From Candidatus Omnitrophota bacterium (GTDB taxonomy: Bacteria; Omnitrophota; Gorgyraeia; Zapsychrales; Fredricksoniimonadaceae), in the NCBI GenBank assembly GCA_015233335.1, contig JADFXX010000002.1, forward strand, positions 128,891-192,890: a stretch of 64,000 nt of DNA, given 5' to 3'. Position 1 is the first letter of the stretch. The number at the start of each line of letters is the position of its first letter. Below the pieces are notes generated by a model. It did not search any database and had not been told where the DNA came from. It was given only the letters and a program-made list of their open reading frames with translations. The position numbers and the translations under genes were made by a program. This document shows, in pieces, positions 18,539 to 28,165 of this stretch.

Positions 18539-21500
18539 CTACCCGTCTTTTAACCCCAAAAACATTTTAAGATCACTCATTCCTGCTTGTCCGGCAGGCA
18601 AGGGTGAAATACTAATAACGACCGGCACAAAACCCCCAATATTTTGCAATTGTCGTAACATGCCCGCATCCAAATGAAAAACAATTGCCCCACTGGTATT
18701 TTTTGTCTGCAAACTCATGTTAGTAGGGGTCAAATCAATACCTCCGTTTTCAGGTGATTGAAGACTTTCATTGCCCCCTACCTTTTTCTCTGTTGGTTTC
18801 TTTGTTGGAATAGTCGTCGGTGTTTTAGGGGGATGTGCGACATAGGTCTCAACTTTTTCTCTTGCTCCGGTCATCTCATTATAAAATTCCACAACCGGAT
18901 GATCTTTATCCGGTAGTTTCAACCCTGTGGGTGGGGTTTTAGGCGCATAAACCGGAGCATTTGTAAAAATAGCTATTAAATCCGCAACATTCCCTCCCAC
19001 ACGTTCTGCTCCGCTCGAACAGCCAAAAACATAGCTTTCAAGGATAAGGCCATTTAGCCGCTTGGATATATTCAATACTGTTTCATCTTCCAAGCTTTTA
19101 ATTTCGACCGATGCCCCGCCTCCTATTGGATATGTGACACCACTAAAATGTAAAAAACCTCCAAGCTCATTCGGGGCTGCATGCTGATGTAAAAAAAGAC
19201 GGGCTTTTTTCCCATTTCGGGTAAATTTCTCAATTTGAGAAACAACGCCCTCAAGAGTACTTTGCTCAGCCCACAAGACTCTGTATCCCTGACTTTGCAA
19301 TTGAAAAGTCAAACCTTCAAAACTACCTTCAAACATAGCCCCGTTCCAATCGTAAGTATCCGTAATGACAATAGCTATGGGACGGTCATCATCAAAGCCC
19401 ATTTCAAATTGCAGCCTTTCTTTGTAGATTGAATCCCGAATAACCTTAGGCATATTCAGAGTCCTCACAAGTCCGAATTTTATAATATTATCAATCTTTG
19501 TTAAAAATGCATTTCTATCCAGCCCCCCATACGGCGTTTCAGGTATTTCAGCCGCAATTTCAGCAAGAGCCATTTTTTTATACCGTTCTCTCTCACTCTT
19601 AATCGACTCTTGCTTCTGCAAAGGTAAGAAAGGGTCAACTGTCGATAGTGCGTCAAATCTGCCATCCAGCCCTCCAACTTCTTGGGTCCATTGTAACCTG
19701 TCCGATATATCTGGCAAAAGGCCTTTCAAAAACTCTATACGCTCTGGATTATTGTGCTCATCCGCAATTAATTCTTGCATGGCCGCAACTCTTAGGGCAT
19801 TTTCTTGAATTTGTTTAGACGGCTTGGCTAAAGAACTAAACCATATATTGGCAACATTCCCACGATTTGGAAAATTAGCTATATCAACTTTTACTCTTGG
19901 TCCAAAAGTTTCACTTGTGATACTAATAGCACCTTGTGCGGCGGCGTGAGGCTCAACACCATTTTCAATTCTTATTTGAAACAACAATTTCTCAATAATA
20001 GCCAGTCCCGCTGCCCCAGAACGAAGGTCCTCTTCATCGACATAAATCCCTTCTTTTCCAAAAATCTCTATCGGTGTTTTGTCTTTCTTTGATTTATTGT
20101 TTAGCCCGCTGGATATTTGAATATGACCTGCTTGTAGTTCCCGCAATCTGGCCTTAAGAGCGTTTAATTCAGATATTTTTTTGTCGCCATCAGGGAAAGT
20201 TTTAACTTTTTCTAAAACCATTCTGGAAGCTTCTGCAATACCTGCTTTCAGCAGCATTGGATAGTGTTGTGAACTTACTGTGGAAAGGTAAAAATTATGG
20301 GGATTATCAACCCCTTCTATGTAAATCCCTTGAGGAATAACTTTAACAGCTGCTGGAAGACCCACATCTGATTTGATCGTAGTTACCTCTATCTGATCGT
20401 AAGGGCGTAAGGACGGCTGTAAATTACATCCTACCAATGAAAATACAGCTGCGCCTGACAATACAATACCTGCTAAAGCACTCATTGCTCTCTTCAAAAT
20501 GCCGGGTGGAGAACTTTTATTAACGACAAGCATCGCTACGTCTCCAAATTTAACCCCTCCTGAAAAATATTTTCTTGGCATGGCCTCTTGCGATAAAATA
20601 TCGTTTTCTTCTTTAATATAATTGAATACCCCCTTCTTAAACGCTTTTAAATACCGCTCATAAATCCGCTGTTTTTCCTGCGGGTCATCGATGTTTACCC
20701 CGGCAAGCTTGTTTTGATCGGCATACACTTGAGCTAAAATACTGTCCTTGACCTTCTTCTTGTACCATGTGGCTAAAATAAGTGAGCTATAAACTTGACG
20801 CAGTTTGGCAAAATTCTTGTTTTCGTTGACCTCTGTAGTCAATTCGGGAATGACGATTTCACGGATAATCCCTGAGCCCAAAGCGCTTATGCCATTTATC
20901 GTATCATTTTTTACCTGGGGAACTTTCAGTTGCAACCCTTTAGTGGTTGGTAACCCACTTGCCCCAACATTTTGATTTGCAGCAGGCAAATCAGTAGGGG
21001 CGTGTTTTTCTAATGCCAAATAGTCTTGCTCAAGCATGACCTTTAATTTACTTTCAATAACATACGCTGTTCCAGCCTCGGCATTCTCATAAATAACCGC
21101 CTTCTCCGGCACGATCCACACTTTATTAAATGTGTTAACAGGAATATCCGTTGTCCCATACTTCTTGTATGCTTCTTCATAGATACGTTTCCAAAACTTC
21201 TTACCCACATTATCTTCAGGATAAATCAAGGATGCAGTGATCTGCTTAAGCATATAATCCTCTGCCAAGACATCCCGTCCTGTTTCTGTCAAACCAAAGG
21301 ATTGCGGAATAATACGGTCTTTTTCATAGGGGGACAAATTAACCCATAAATCCTTATCGGGAATTGTCAATGTAGCTAGAAAATATTTGATCAATTGAAC
21401 AGATTCATCCTTTAACTGATCACTGTTTAATACGCTATCCCCATGGTCAAGAATGAAATCAAACCGGAATGGATCGTCAGTATGAACTTTGATGCCCTTA

Positions 21501-21649
21501 AGAACCGGAGGATTAAATTCAGGGCTTAAATGGACCCTAACGCCCGGTGCTGGCAAATAAGAATCCCGGGCTTGGGCCGGTGGAAGAGCTCCAAATATAT
21601 TGACTAAAAAAGCTGTTAAAATAATTATGTGAACACATGGGGACCTCAT
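18539..21649 (-). CDS. Large secreted multidomain protein of unknown function
   Basis: Track ORF is 1041 aa from TTG. The ATG at 21649 gives MRSPCVHIIILTAFLVNIFGALPPAQA, a signal peptide. No family is securely recognised. See findings for the internal lipobox, a GxSxG region and the C-terminal GGIDL tail. Confidence 0.7.
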   Translation of the reverse strand: MRSPCVHIIILTAFLVNIFGALPPAQARDSYLPAPGVRVHLSPEFNPPVLKGIKVHTDDPFRFDFILDHGDSVLNSDQLKDESVQLIKYFLATLTIPDKDLWVNLSPYEKDRIIPQSFGLTETGRDVLAEDYMLKQITASLIYPEDNVGKKFWKRIYEEAYKKYGTTDIPVNTFNKVWIVPEKAVIYENAEAGTAYVIESKLKVMLEQDYLALEKHAPTDLPAANQNVGASGLPTTKGLQLKVPQVKNDTINGISALGSGIIREIVIPELTTEVNENKNFAKLRQVYSSLILATWYKKKVKDSILAQVYADQNKLAGVNIDDPQEKQRIYERYLKAFKKGVFNYIKEENDILSQEAMPRKYFSGGVKFGDVAMLVVNKSSPPGILKRAMSALAGIVLSGAAVFSLVGCNLQPSLRPYDQIEVTTIKSDVGLPAAVKVIPQGIYIEGVDNPHNFYLSTVSSQHYPMLLKAGIAEASRMVLEKVKTFPDGDKKISELNALKARLRELQAGHIQISSGLNNKSKKDKTPIEIFGKEGIYVDEEDLRSGAAGLAIIEKLLFQIRIENGVEPHAAAQGAISITSETFGPRVKVDIANFPNRGNVANIWFSSLAKPSKQIQENALRVAAMQELIADEHNNPERIEFLKGLLPDISDRLQWTQEVGGLDGRFDALSTVDPFLPLQKQESIKSERERYKKMALAEIAAEIPETPYGGLDRNAFLTKIDNIIKFGLVRTLNMPKVIRDSIYKERLQFEMGFDDDRPIAIVITDTYDWNGAMFEGSFEGLTFQLQSQGYRVLWAEQSTLEGVVSQIEKFTRNGKKARLFLHQHAAPNELGGFLHFSGVTYPIGGGASVEIKSLEDETVLNISKRLNGLILESYVFGCSSGAERVGGNVADLIAIFTNAPVYAPKTPPTGLKLPDKDHPVVEFYNEMTGAREKVETYVAHPPKTPTTIPTKKPTEKKVGGNESLQSPENGGIDLTPTNMSLQTKNTSGAIVFHLDAGMLRQLQNIGGFVPVVISISPLPAGQAGMSDLKMFLGLKDG

Positions 21650-21732
21650 ATTATAAGTATGCAATATTAAAGTATTAAAAACAAGATACTGAGGGCGCTT
21701 TTAGGAAAACGTTTTATTGATTACCCCGGATG

Positions 21733-22749
21733 TTACCCGCCGATCTGAAACATTTCGATTTTAGGTAGTGCTTGGGGGGTGTGTCGCAGTTTAGAGCGGA
21801 TTTCAGAGTAGTGGTCATCACGTTTGAGCCAAGTCTCACGGATAAAATTAGTTATGAATTCATCGCTGGCAGAGGTTCTTAAATATCCGCCTAAATTCGC
21901 ACCATGAGTGGCAAAAAGACAAGTATACATTCGACCGTCTGCAGATAGCCGCAAACGGCTACAAGTATTGCAAAAAGCCTTAGTTACTGAGGATATAAAA
22001 CCGACCTCACCTTGTCCATCTTTAAAGCGATAAATTTCAGAAGTCTCTCCACTTTTTATATTTTTTAATTGTTCTAATGGGAAATAGCTGTCAATTAATG
22101 TTATAATCTCGCTAGACTGCACCACTTGACTGTAGTCCCAATGATTTTGATTGCCAACATCCATATATTCGATAAAACGTACGCTATGCCGAGTGCCGCG
22201 AAAATATTTAACAAGATCCAAGATCGTATGGTCATTGATACCGCGCTGAATAACAGCATTGATCCTGATAGAGTCAAATCCAGCCTTCTCTGCGGCTCGA
22301 ATACCTTCCAGCACTTCTTTAACAGAACCTTTCTCCCCGCTCATGCGGTAAAAAATTGCTTCATCTAAAGTGTCAAGGCTGACCGTTAAACGGCCAAGCC
22401 CGGCAGCTTTAAGGCGAGGCGCCCATTCTGCTAGCAGGAAGCCATTGGTTGTCAAAGCTAAATCATCTACGCCTTTGATAGCCGATAAGAGACGGATAAG
22501 GACATCAAGATCAGGACGAAGCAAGGGCTCCCCTCCGGTCAGACGCAATTTAATGACACCGAGTTGGACAAAAATCTTAACAAGACGCACAATTTCTTCA
22601 AAACTTAACCATTCTTTTTTATCCAAAAATTGGTAAGCATGATGATATTTTTCCGACGGCATGCAGTAAGGACAGCGGAAATTACAGCGGTCAATCAATG
22701 AAATACGCAAATCATGCAGAGGCCTGTTAAAAGCATCTAAAATAATCAT
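21733..22749 (-). CDS. moaA: GTP 3',8-cyclase (Moco biosynthesis radical SAM enzyme)
   Basis: 338 aa. CNFRCPYC radical SAM motif, LTGGEPLL, a C-terminal CxxCxRLRLSADG cluster motif, and a terminal GG. Confidence 0.92.
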   Translation of the reverse strand: MIILDAFNRPLHDLRISLIDRCNFRCPYCMPSEKYHHAYQFLDKKEWLSFEEIVRLVKIFVQLGVIKLRLTGGEPLLRPDLDVLIRLLSAIKGVDDLALTTNGFLLAEWAPRLKAAGLGRLTVSLDTLDEAIFYRMSGEKGSVKEVLEGIRAAEKAGFDSIRINAVIQRGINDHTILDLVKYFRGTRHSVRFIEYMDVGNQNHWDYSQVVQSSEIITLIDSYFPLEQLKNIKSGETSEIYRFKDGQGEVGFISSVTKAFCNTCSRLRLSADGRMYTCLFATHGANLGGYLRTSASDEFITNFIRETWLKRDDHYSEIRSKLRHTPQALPKIEMFQIGG

Positions 22750-22758
22750 ATCCCCTTA

Positions 22759-22891
22759 TTAGACCGTTTCTACTGAAGCCTTAGAACTTCATCAAGTTAC
22801 AACAGAACTGTCCCCTTTCTATTTTATTGAATATGGGGACACTTCTATCATAAGTCTATATTTTTCTAAGGCCCAGTTAGAAACGGACTAA
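22759..22891. repeat. 133-bp imperfect palindrome between sufU and moaA
   Basis: 28-nt arms at 22759-22786 and 22864-22891 pair at 25 positions. They enclose an inner hairpin gtcccc/ggggac (22810-22815 and 22835-22840). On the mRNA strand the outer stem ends 2 nt before the moaA SD (AAGGGGA). Confidence 0.75.
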
Positions 22892-22932
22892 GATCCCTGC
22901 TGAGCCACCCGCCATCCAAGATCGATTCAAAC

Positions 22933-23379
22933 CTACTCTGTTGATACTGTCTTGGCTTTTTCAAGCGCTCCGTGCATGGCGTGCCAGCTTAAGGAAGCGC
23001 ATTTGACTCGCGCGGGATACTGCCAGATGCCGGAGAAAACAGTTAATTTTTCCAAGTGGTTAGGCTTCTCATCAGGTTTAAGCTCTCCGATAACGAGCTT
23101 ATGAAATTCTTCAAATAAAATTTGAGCCTCCTGCACACCTTTGCCCTTGAGACTTGTGGTCATCATCGAAGCTGATGCTTTGGAGATGGCGCATCCAGAA
23201 CCCTCAAAAGACGCATCCTCAATGACACCGCAGGAATCGACCTTCATATAGACCCACAAATGGTCCCCGCATAAAGGATTATACCCCTCAGCCGCATGCG
23301 TTGCTCCTTCGATTTTTCTAAAATTACGCGGATTACGGTTGTGCTCTAGGATCGTTTGCTGGTAAAGTTCATCACGCAT
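22933..23379 (-). CDS. sufU: SUF-type Fe-S cluster scaffold/sulfur acceptor (SufU/IscU-like)
   Basis: 148 aa. NPLCGD, GSGCAISKASASMM and CASLSW motifs. Follows sufS. Confidence 0.85.
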   Translation of the reverse strand: MRDELYQQTILEHNRNPRNFRKIEGATHAAEGYNPLCGDHLWVYMKVDSCGVIEDASFEGSGCAISKASASMMTTSLKGKGVQEAQILFEEFHKLVIGELKPDEKPNHLEKLTVFSGIWQYPARVKCASLSWHAMHGALEKAKTVSTE

Positions 23380-24595
23380 GAAAAATTTCCTTTGCCCTGT
23401 AAATAGATTTAGCCAAAATATTAAGCTCTTCTTTAGTGTTGTAAAAGGACAGCGATGCTCTGGCAGTCGCAGGTACCTTAAAAAAATCCATCACAGGCTG
23501 AGTGCAATGATGCCCTGTACGAATAGCCACCCCCTCTTGATCTACAATAGTGCCCAAATCATGGGGATGAATGCCCTCTAGCACAAAAGATAAAATAGCT
23601 GCCTTTTCAGGGGCAGTACCAATCAACCGCACACCGGGAATGGAAGAGAGAATTTTTGTGCCATGAGCAAGCAATTCCTTTTTATAATCAATTATAAACT
23701 CTAAGCCTACTTTCTGAACATAATTCAAAGCGGCCCCCAGCCCAATAGCCTCAGCAATAGCCGGCGTTCCTGCTTCAAATTTATAAGGTAGAACGTTATA
23801 AGCTGTTTTAACAAAACTGACAGAAGCGATCATGTCCCCACCCCCCTGATAAGGCGGCATGGATTCTAACAATTTCTGTTTGCCATAAAGAACACCTATA
23901 CCGGTGGGCCCAAAAATCTTGTGTCCGGAGAATACAAAAAAATCACAATCCAAAGCCTGCACATCCACAGCCTGATGGGCCACAGCCTGAGCACCGTCGA
24001 CTAAGACCGGAATGCCGCGCTCATGTGCCTCTTTGATGATGAGGTTTATAGGATTGACAGTCCCCAAAGAATTAGACACATACACCATGGACACTAAACG
24101 TGTTCGAGACGTCAATAAACGGATAAACTCATCCAAGATCAACTCTCCCTTTTCATTAATAGGCGCTATTTTCAAAATACAACCTGTTTGCTGGCACAAC
24201 ATCTGCCAGGGGACAATATTAGAATGATGCTCCATATGAGAGATAACAATTTCATCACCTGCTTTAAACGATGGCCGACCAAATGATTGAGCCACAAGAT
24301 TGATCGATTCAGTTGCTCCCCGGGTAAAAATAATTTCCTGGGTGGTTTTGGCATTGAGGAACTGTTGGACTATCTGACGGGAATGTTCAAAGGCAATGGT
24401 CGCCCGTTCGCTTAAATAGTGCACACCTCGGTGCACATTAGACGTCCCCTGAGCGTAATGATCACTGACAGCATCAATCACACATTGAGGCTTAAATGTC
24501 GTGGCCGCATTGTCCAGATAAACTAAAGGCTTTCCGTAAACCTTAAGACTAAGGTTAGGAAAATCTTTTCGAAATTTTTGCACATCGAAGGTCAT
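23372..24595 (-). CDS. sufS: Cysteine desulfurase, group II
   Basis: 407 aa. SGHKIFGPTGIG PLP-lysine region and the RTGHHCTQP active-site Cys loop. Confidence 0.92.
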   Translation of the reverse strand: MTFDVQKFRKDFPNLSLKVYGKPLVYLDNAATTFKPQCVIDAVSDHYAQGTSNVHRGVHYLSERATIAFEHSRQIVQQFLNAKTTQEIIFTRGATESINLVAQSFGRPSFKAGDEIVISHMEHHSNIVPWQMLCQQTGCILKIAPINEKGELILDEFIRLLTSRTRLVSMVYVSNSLGTVNPINLIIKEAHERGIPVLVDGAQAVAHQAVDVQALDCDFFVFSGHKIFGPTGIGVLYGKQKLLESMPPYQGGGDMIASVSFVKTAYNVLPYKFEAGTPAIAEAIGLGAALNYVQKVGLEFIIDYKKELLAHGTKILSSIPGVRLIGTAPEKAAILSFVLEGIHPHDLGTIVDQEGVAIRTGHHCTQPVMDFFKVPATARASLSFYNTKEELNILAKSIYRAKEIFHA

Positions 24596-24599
24596 ATTC

Positions 24600-25892
24600 T
24601 TATAATTTGACTTCCGGAAATTTCTTAAGCAATAGACGGCTTAATTTTTCTCGGATAGACTCATTCTTGATTGTATTAATAATATCGTCAATAAAGCCTT
24701 TTGATAATAATTGAACAGCCAACTTTCGGTTGATTCCACGGCTTTCTAAATAAAAAATTTCCTCTTCGCTCAACTGGCCGATGGTGGCCCCATGCGTGCA
24801 TTTGACGTCATCAGCAAAAATTTCCAGTTGTGGTTTAGTGTCCACATGGGCCTCCCGACCCAATAATAAGTGCTTGTTAAGCTGATAGGCATCAGTTTTC
24901 TGGGCAAGGGGATGTACATAAATCTTCCCGTTAAAAACTGCCCGCGACTTGCCAGATAGAAGTCCTTTGTAAAGCTGGAAACTTGTGCAGCCAGGTTGTT
25001 GAATATCCAACAGGGTATGATTATCCACATGCTGATTGCCATCAATGGCATAAAAACCATTCATGACTGTATGCGCTCCTTCACCTTTGAGCATAACAGA
25101 AAAATTATTACGGACCAACTGCCCGCCATATGCGAAAGAAAAGGAATCCAGAGAACTCCCCGCGTCCTGCCAAATACGGGAGGCACCGATATGCGCGGCC
25201 TGGTGGCTCTCGGACTGGGACTTGCAATAGGCAACCCGCGCATTGGAGGCAATCCTTATATCCGTAACCGCATTAGACAAATAGAACACAGGCTCAAAAC
25301 AAACATAACTTTCTAAAATATTTACCTGCGCCGACTCCTTGATAGTGATAAAACTACGAGGAAAAACTACCGTATCAGCACCAATGCCGCTGGTGACATG
25401 AATGATGTGTATCAAAGGATCAATGACGGCATCTTGATCAACTTGAATAAAAGTCCCGTCTAAAAAAAGCGCCTGATTCATCCATAAAAATGCTTTGGTG
25501 TCATTGGGAGTCAACTTGGAAAGATTGTCCTGAATTTCCATATTATTATGGACAATGACATCATTTAAAGAAAACACTGAAAGGCCACGAGGCAGATGAT
25601 CCACATCTGATAAACCTCTCCATAAAACACCGTTAACTAAAACGATATTAATATCTTTCTTGTCACGATAATCCGAAAATTGTTTGTCTTCGATCAATTT
25701 GTGATGGGAGGCAATCTTAAAAGAATGGTTAACCGTGTCCGCAAGGGATGTGTACTTCCACTCCTCATCCTTCACGGTCGGAAGACCAGCCTCAGTCCAC
25801 TGCTTAAAGCTTCGCTGACGAAATGCCTTAAGCCATGAACCTGAGTTATTCTCCAGATTAGAACGATAGCTATCAAGCCCTTCAATGTTCAT
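24600..25892 (-). CDS. sufD: Fe-S cluster assembly protein SufD
   Basis: Trimmed from TTG 25904 to the ATG that forms an ATGA overlap with the sufC stop. C-terminal beta-helix region with DVKCTHGATIGQLSEEEIFYLESRGI. Confidence 0.85.
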   Translation of the reverse strand: MNIEGLDSYRSNLENNSGSWLKAFRQRSFKQWTEAGLPTVKDEEWKYTSLADTVNHSFKIASHHKLIEDKQFSDYRDKKDINIVLVNGVLWRGLSDVDHLPRGLSVFSLNDVIVHNNMEIQDNLSKLTPNDTKAFLWMNQALFLDGTFIQVDQDAVIDPLIHIIHVTSGIGADTVVFPRSFITIKESAQVNILESYVCFEPVFYLSNAVTDIRIASNARVAYCKSQSESHQAAHIGASRIWQDAGSSLDSFSFAYGGQLVRNNFSVMLKGEGAHTVMNGFYAIDGNQHVDNHTLLDIQQPGCTSFQLYKGLLSGKSRAVFNGKIYVHPLAQKTDAYQLNKHLLLGREAHVDTKPQLEIFADDVKCTHGATIGQLSEEEIFYLESRGINRKLAVQLLSKGFIDDIINTIKNESIREKLSRLLLKKFPEVKL

Positions 25893-26641
25893 TGAATTAA
25901 CCAATCATATCCGCGGTTTTCTACTTCCTGCGCCAATTCTTTGCCTTCAGATTTAACAATGCGGCCGTTGTAAAGGATATGGACAAAATCAGGCTGGATA
26001 TAATTAAGCAGACGCTGATAGTGGGTGATCAAAATAATCGTGTTATCCCGACGACGCAGTTTATTAACCCCTTCGGAAACAATTTTCATGGAATCAATAT
26101 CCAACCCTGAATCCGTTTCATCCAAAACAGCCAAACGCGGATTCAAAACAGCCATTTGCAGAATCTCATTGCGCTTCTTTTCTCCTCCGGAAAAATCAAC
26201 ATTGACTGGCCGGTCGATAGTTTTCTCATCCATGCTCAATATTTTCATTTTCTCCCGCATGTATTTGTCAAAATCGATAGGATCCATCTCAACCGTTCCC
26301 TGATGGCGACAAACGGCATTAAAGGCAGCACGCAAAAATACAGAAGTTGGTATCCCGGGAATCTCAACCGGATATTGGAACGCCATAAATACGCCTTCAC
26401 GGGCACGCAAGTCCGGATCCATTCCCACCAGATTAATTTTCTTAAAATTTACCTCATAATCAATACTCCCCTTGGTAACTGTATATTGGGGATGGCCCGC
26501 TATCACCTTAGATAAGGTGCTTTTTCCCGAACCGTTAGGCCCCATGATGGCATGCACTTCGCCGGCATTGACGTTCAAATTGATCCCTTTTAATATTTCC
26601 TTACCTTCGATACCGGCATGTAAATCTTTAATCTCAAGCAT
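25889..26641 (-). CDS. sufC: Fe-S cluster assembly ATPase SufC
   Basis: 250 aa. Walker A GPNGSGKST, signature FSGGEKKR, Walker B AVLDETDSGLD. Confidence 0.93.
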   Translation of the reverse strand: MLEIKDLHAGIEGKEILKGINLNVNAGEVHAIMGPNGSGKSTLSKVIAGHPQYTVTKGSIDYEVNFKKINLVGMDPDLRAREGVFMAFQYPVEIPGIPTSVFLRAAFNAVCRHQGTVEMDPIDFDKYMREKMKILSMDEKTIDRPVNVDFSGGEKKRNEILQMAVLNPRLAVLDETDSGLDIDSMKIVSEGVNKLRRRDNTIILITHYQRLLNYIQPDFVHILYNGRIVKSEGKELAQEVENRGYDWLIQ

Positions 26642-28122
26642 CAGCCCACACTCCCTTCTAATTTCATCTCCAATAATTTGACCGCCTCCACTGAAAACTC
26701 CAGAGGCAATTCTTTAAACACATCTTTACAAAAGCCGTTGATGATCAGAGAAACAGACTCTTCCAGATCTAAACCGCGTGAACGCAAATAAAACATCTGT
26801 TCTGCGTTGATCTTTGAGGTTGAGGCCTCATGCTCAACCACAGCCGTATTGTTTCTGACTTCGATATAAGGAAAAGTATTGGCAGAGCAATTATTTCCGA
26901 CTAACATGGAATCGCATTGAGAAAAATTACGCGCTCCGTCAGCAGAAGGCATAATTTTGACCAAACCCCGGTAGCTGTTATGCGCATGGTCCGAAGAAAT
27001 ACCTTTAGAGACAATCGTACTCTTGGTGTTCTTCCCAATATGGATCATCTTACTGCCCGTATCCGCATTCATGTAATGATTTGTCAGGGCTACGGAATAA
27101 AATTTGCCGACCGAGTTGTCCCCCTGTAAAATAACACTGGGATATTTCCAGGTAATCGCACTCCCCGCCTCCACCTGAGTCCAGGAGATCTGGGAATTAA
27201 CGCCCGCACATTTACCTCGCTTGGTGACAAAATTATAAATACCGCCACGTCCTTCCTTGTCACCGGAATACCAGTTCTGTACCGTTGAATATTTAATCTC
27301 GGCATGGTCTAAAGCCACAAGTTCAACGACAGCCGCGTGCAATTGATTAGTATCGCGCATGGGCGCCGTGCAGCCCTCCAGATAACTGACATAACTGCTC
27401 TCCTCAGCGATAACCAGGGTACGCTCAAACTGACCGGTATTTTCGGCATTAATACGAAAATATGTGGAAAGCTCTATCGGACAGCGAACCCCTTTTGGAA
27501 TAAAGCAAAAGGAACCGTCGGAAAACACCGCAGCATTCAATGAAGCAAAAAAATTATCCGTATAAGGAACTACAGAACCTAAGTATTTTTTAACCAAATC
27601 TGGATGTTTGATGACAGCTTCGGACATAGAGCAAAAAATAACACCATACTTGGCCAACTCCGATTGATGGGTTGTACCGACCGATATGCTGTCAAAGACC
27701 GCATCAACAGCAACTCCGGTCAGGCGCTTCTGCTCAGTCAATGGGATCCCCAAACGGTCAAATGTCTTCAGGAGCTCCTGATCCACCTCTTCTAAACTTG
27801 CAGGAGTAGCCTTTTTCGGTTTAGGAGCCGAATAATAATAAATATCCTGATAATCAATAGGCCCATATTCAAAATTAGGCCATGTTGGCTCCTTCATAGT
27901 TTGCCAATAACGAAATGCCTTCAGGCGCCATTCCAGCATCCACTCAGGTTCCTTTTTCTTGAAAGAAATAAGACGTACGGTGTCTTCATTAAGGCCTTTT
28001 GGCGGTTTATCTTCTTCGATATCCGTATGAAAACCATAACGGTAATCACCTGCGGCTAATTTGTTATCTTCCAGTTCTTTTTGTCGGACAATGTCTGCCA
28101 TATTTCCCTTATTCGCCTCCAT
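26641..28122 (-). CDS. sufB: Fe-S cluster assembly protein SufB
   Basis: The track starts at GTG 28137. The ATG at 28122 is preceded by GGGAGGG. The ATG at 28101 is an alternative. Conserved DAVFDS, YFRIN and [18 protein letters not shown] regions. Confidence 0.9.
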   Translation of the reverse strand: MEANKGNMADIVRQKELEDNKLAAGDYRYGFHTDIEEDKPPKGLNEDTVRLISFKKKEPEWMLEWRLKAFRYWQTMKEPTWPNFEYGPIDYQDIYYYSAPKPKKATPASLEEVDQELLKTFDRLGIPLTEQKRLTGVAVDAVFDSISVGTTHQSELAKYGVIFCSMSEAVIKHPDLVKKYLGSVVPYTDNFFASLNAAVFSDGSFCFIPKGVRCPIELSTYFRINAENTGQFERTLVIAEESSYVSYLEGCTAPMRDTNQLHAAVVELVALDHAEIKYSTVQNWYSGDKEGRGGIYNFVTKRGKCAGVNSQISWTQVEAGSAITWKYPSVILQGDNSVGKFYSVALTNHYMNADTGSKMIHIGKNTKSTIVSKGISSDHAHNSYRGLVKIMPSADGARNFSQCDSMLVGNNCSANTFPYIEVRNNTAVVEHEASTSKINAEQMFYLRSRGLDLEESVSLIINGFCKDVFKELPLEFSVEAVKLLEMKLEGSVG

Positions 28123-28165
28123 CCCTTGCCCTCCCACAATGGGGAAAGGAAAAAGAAGAGGAAAC

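Noticed and set aside
5943-22891. The two long palindromes (5943-6156 and 22759-22891) as copies of one repeat family.
   Set aside because: Apart from a short ttagaa(c) motif, I found no alignable similarity between them. They are treated as independent elements.
22750-22932. Moco riboswitch upstream of moaA.
   Set aside because: The location is right, but I cannot match the region to the conserved Moco-motif core from memory. The structure is a simple long palindrome rather than a multi-stem junction. It needs an Infernal scan and is left as an unexplained palindrome.
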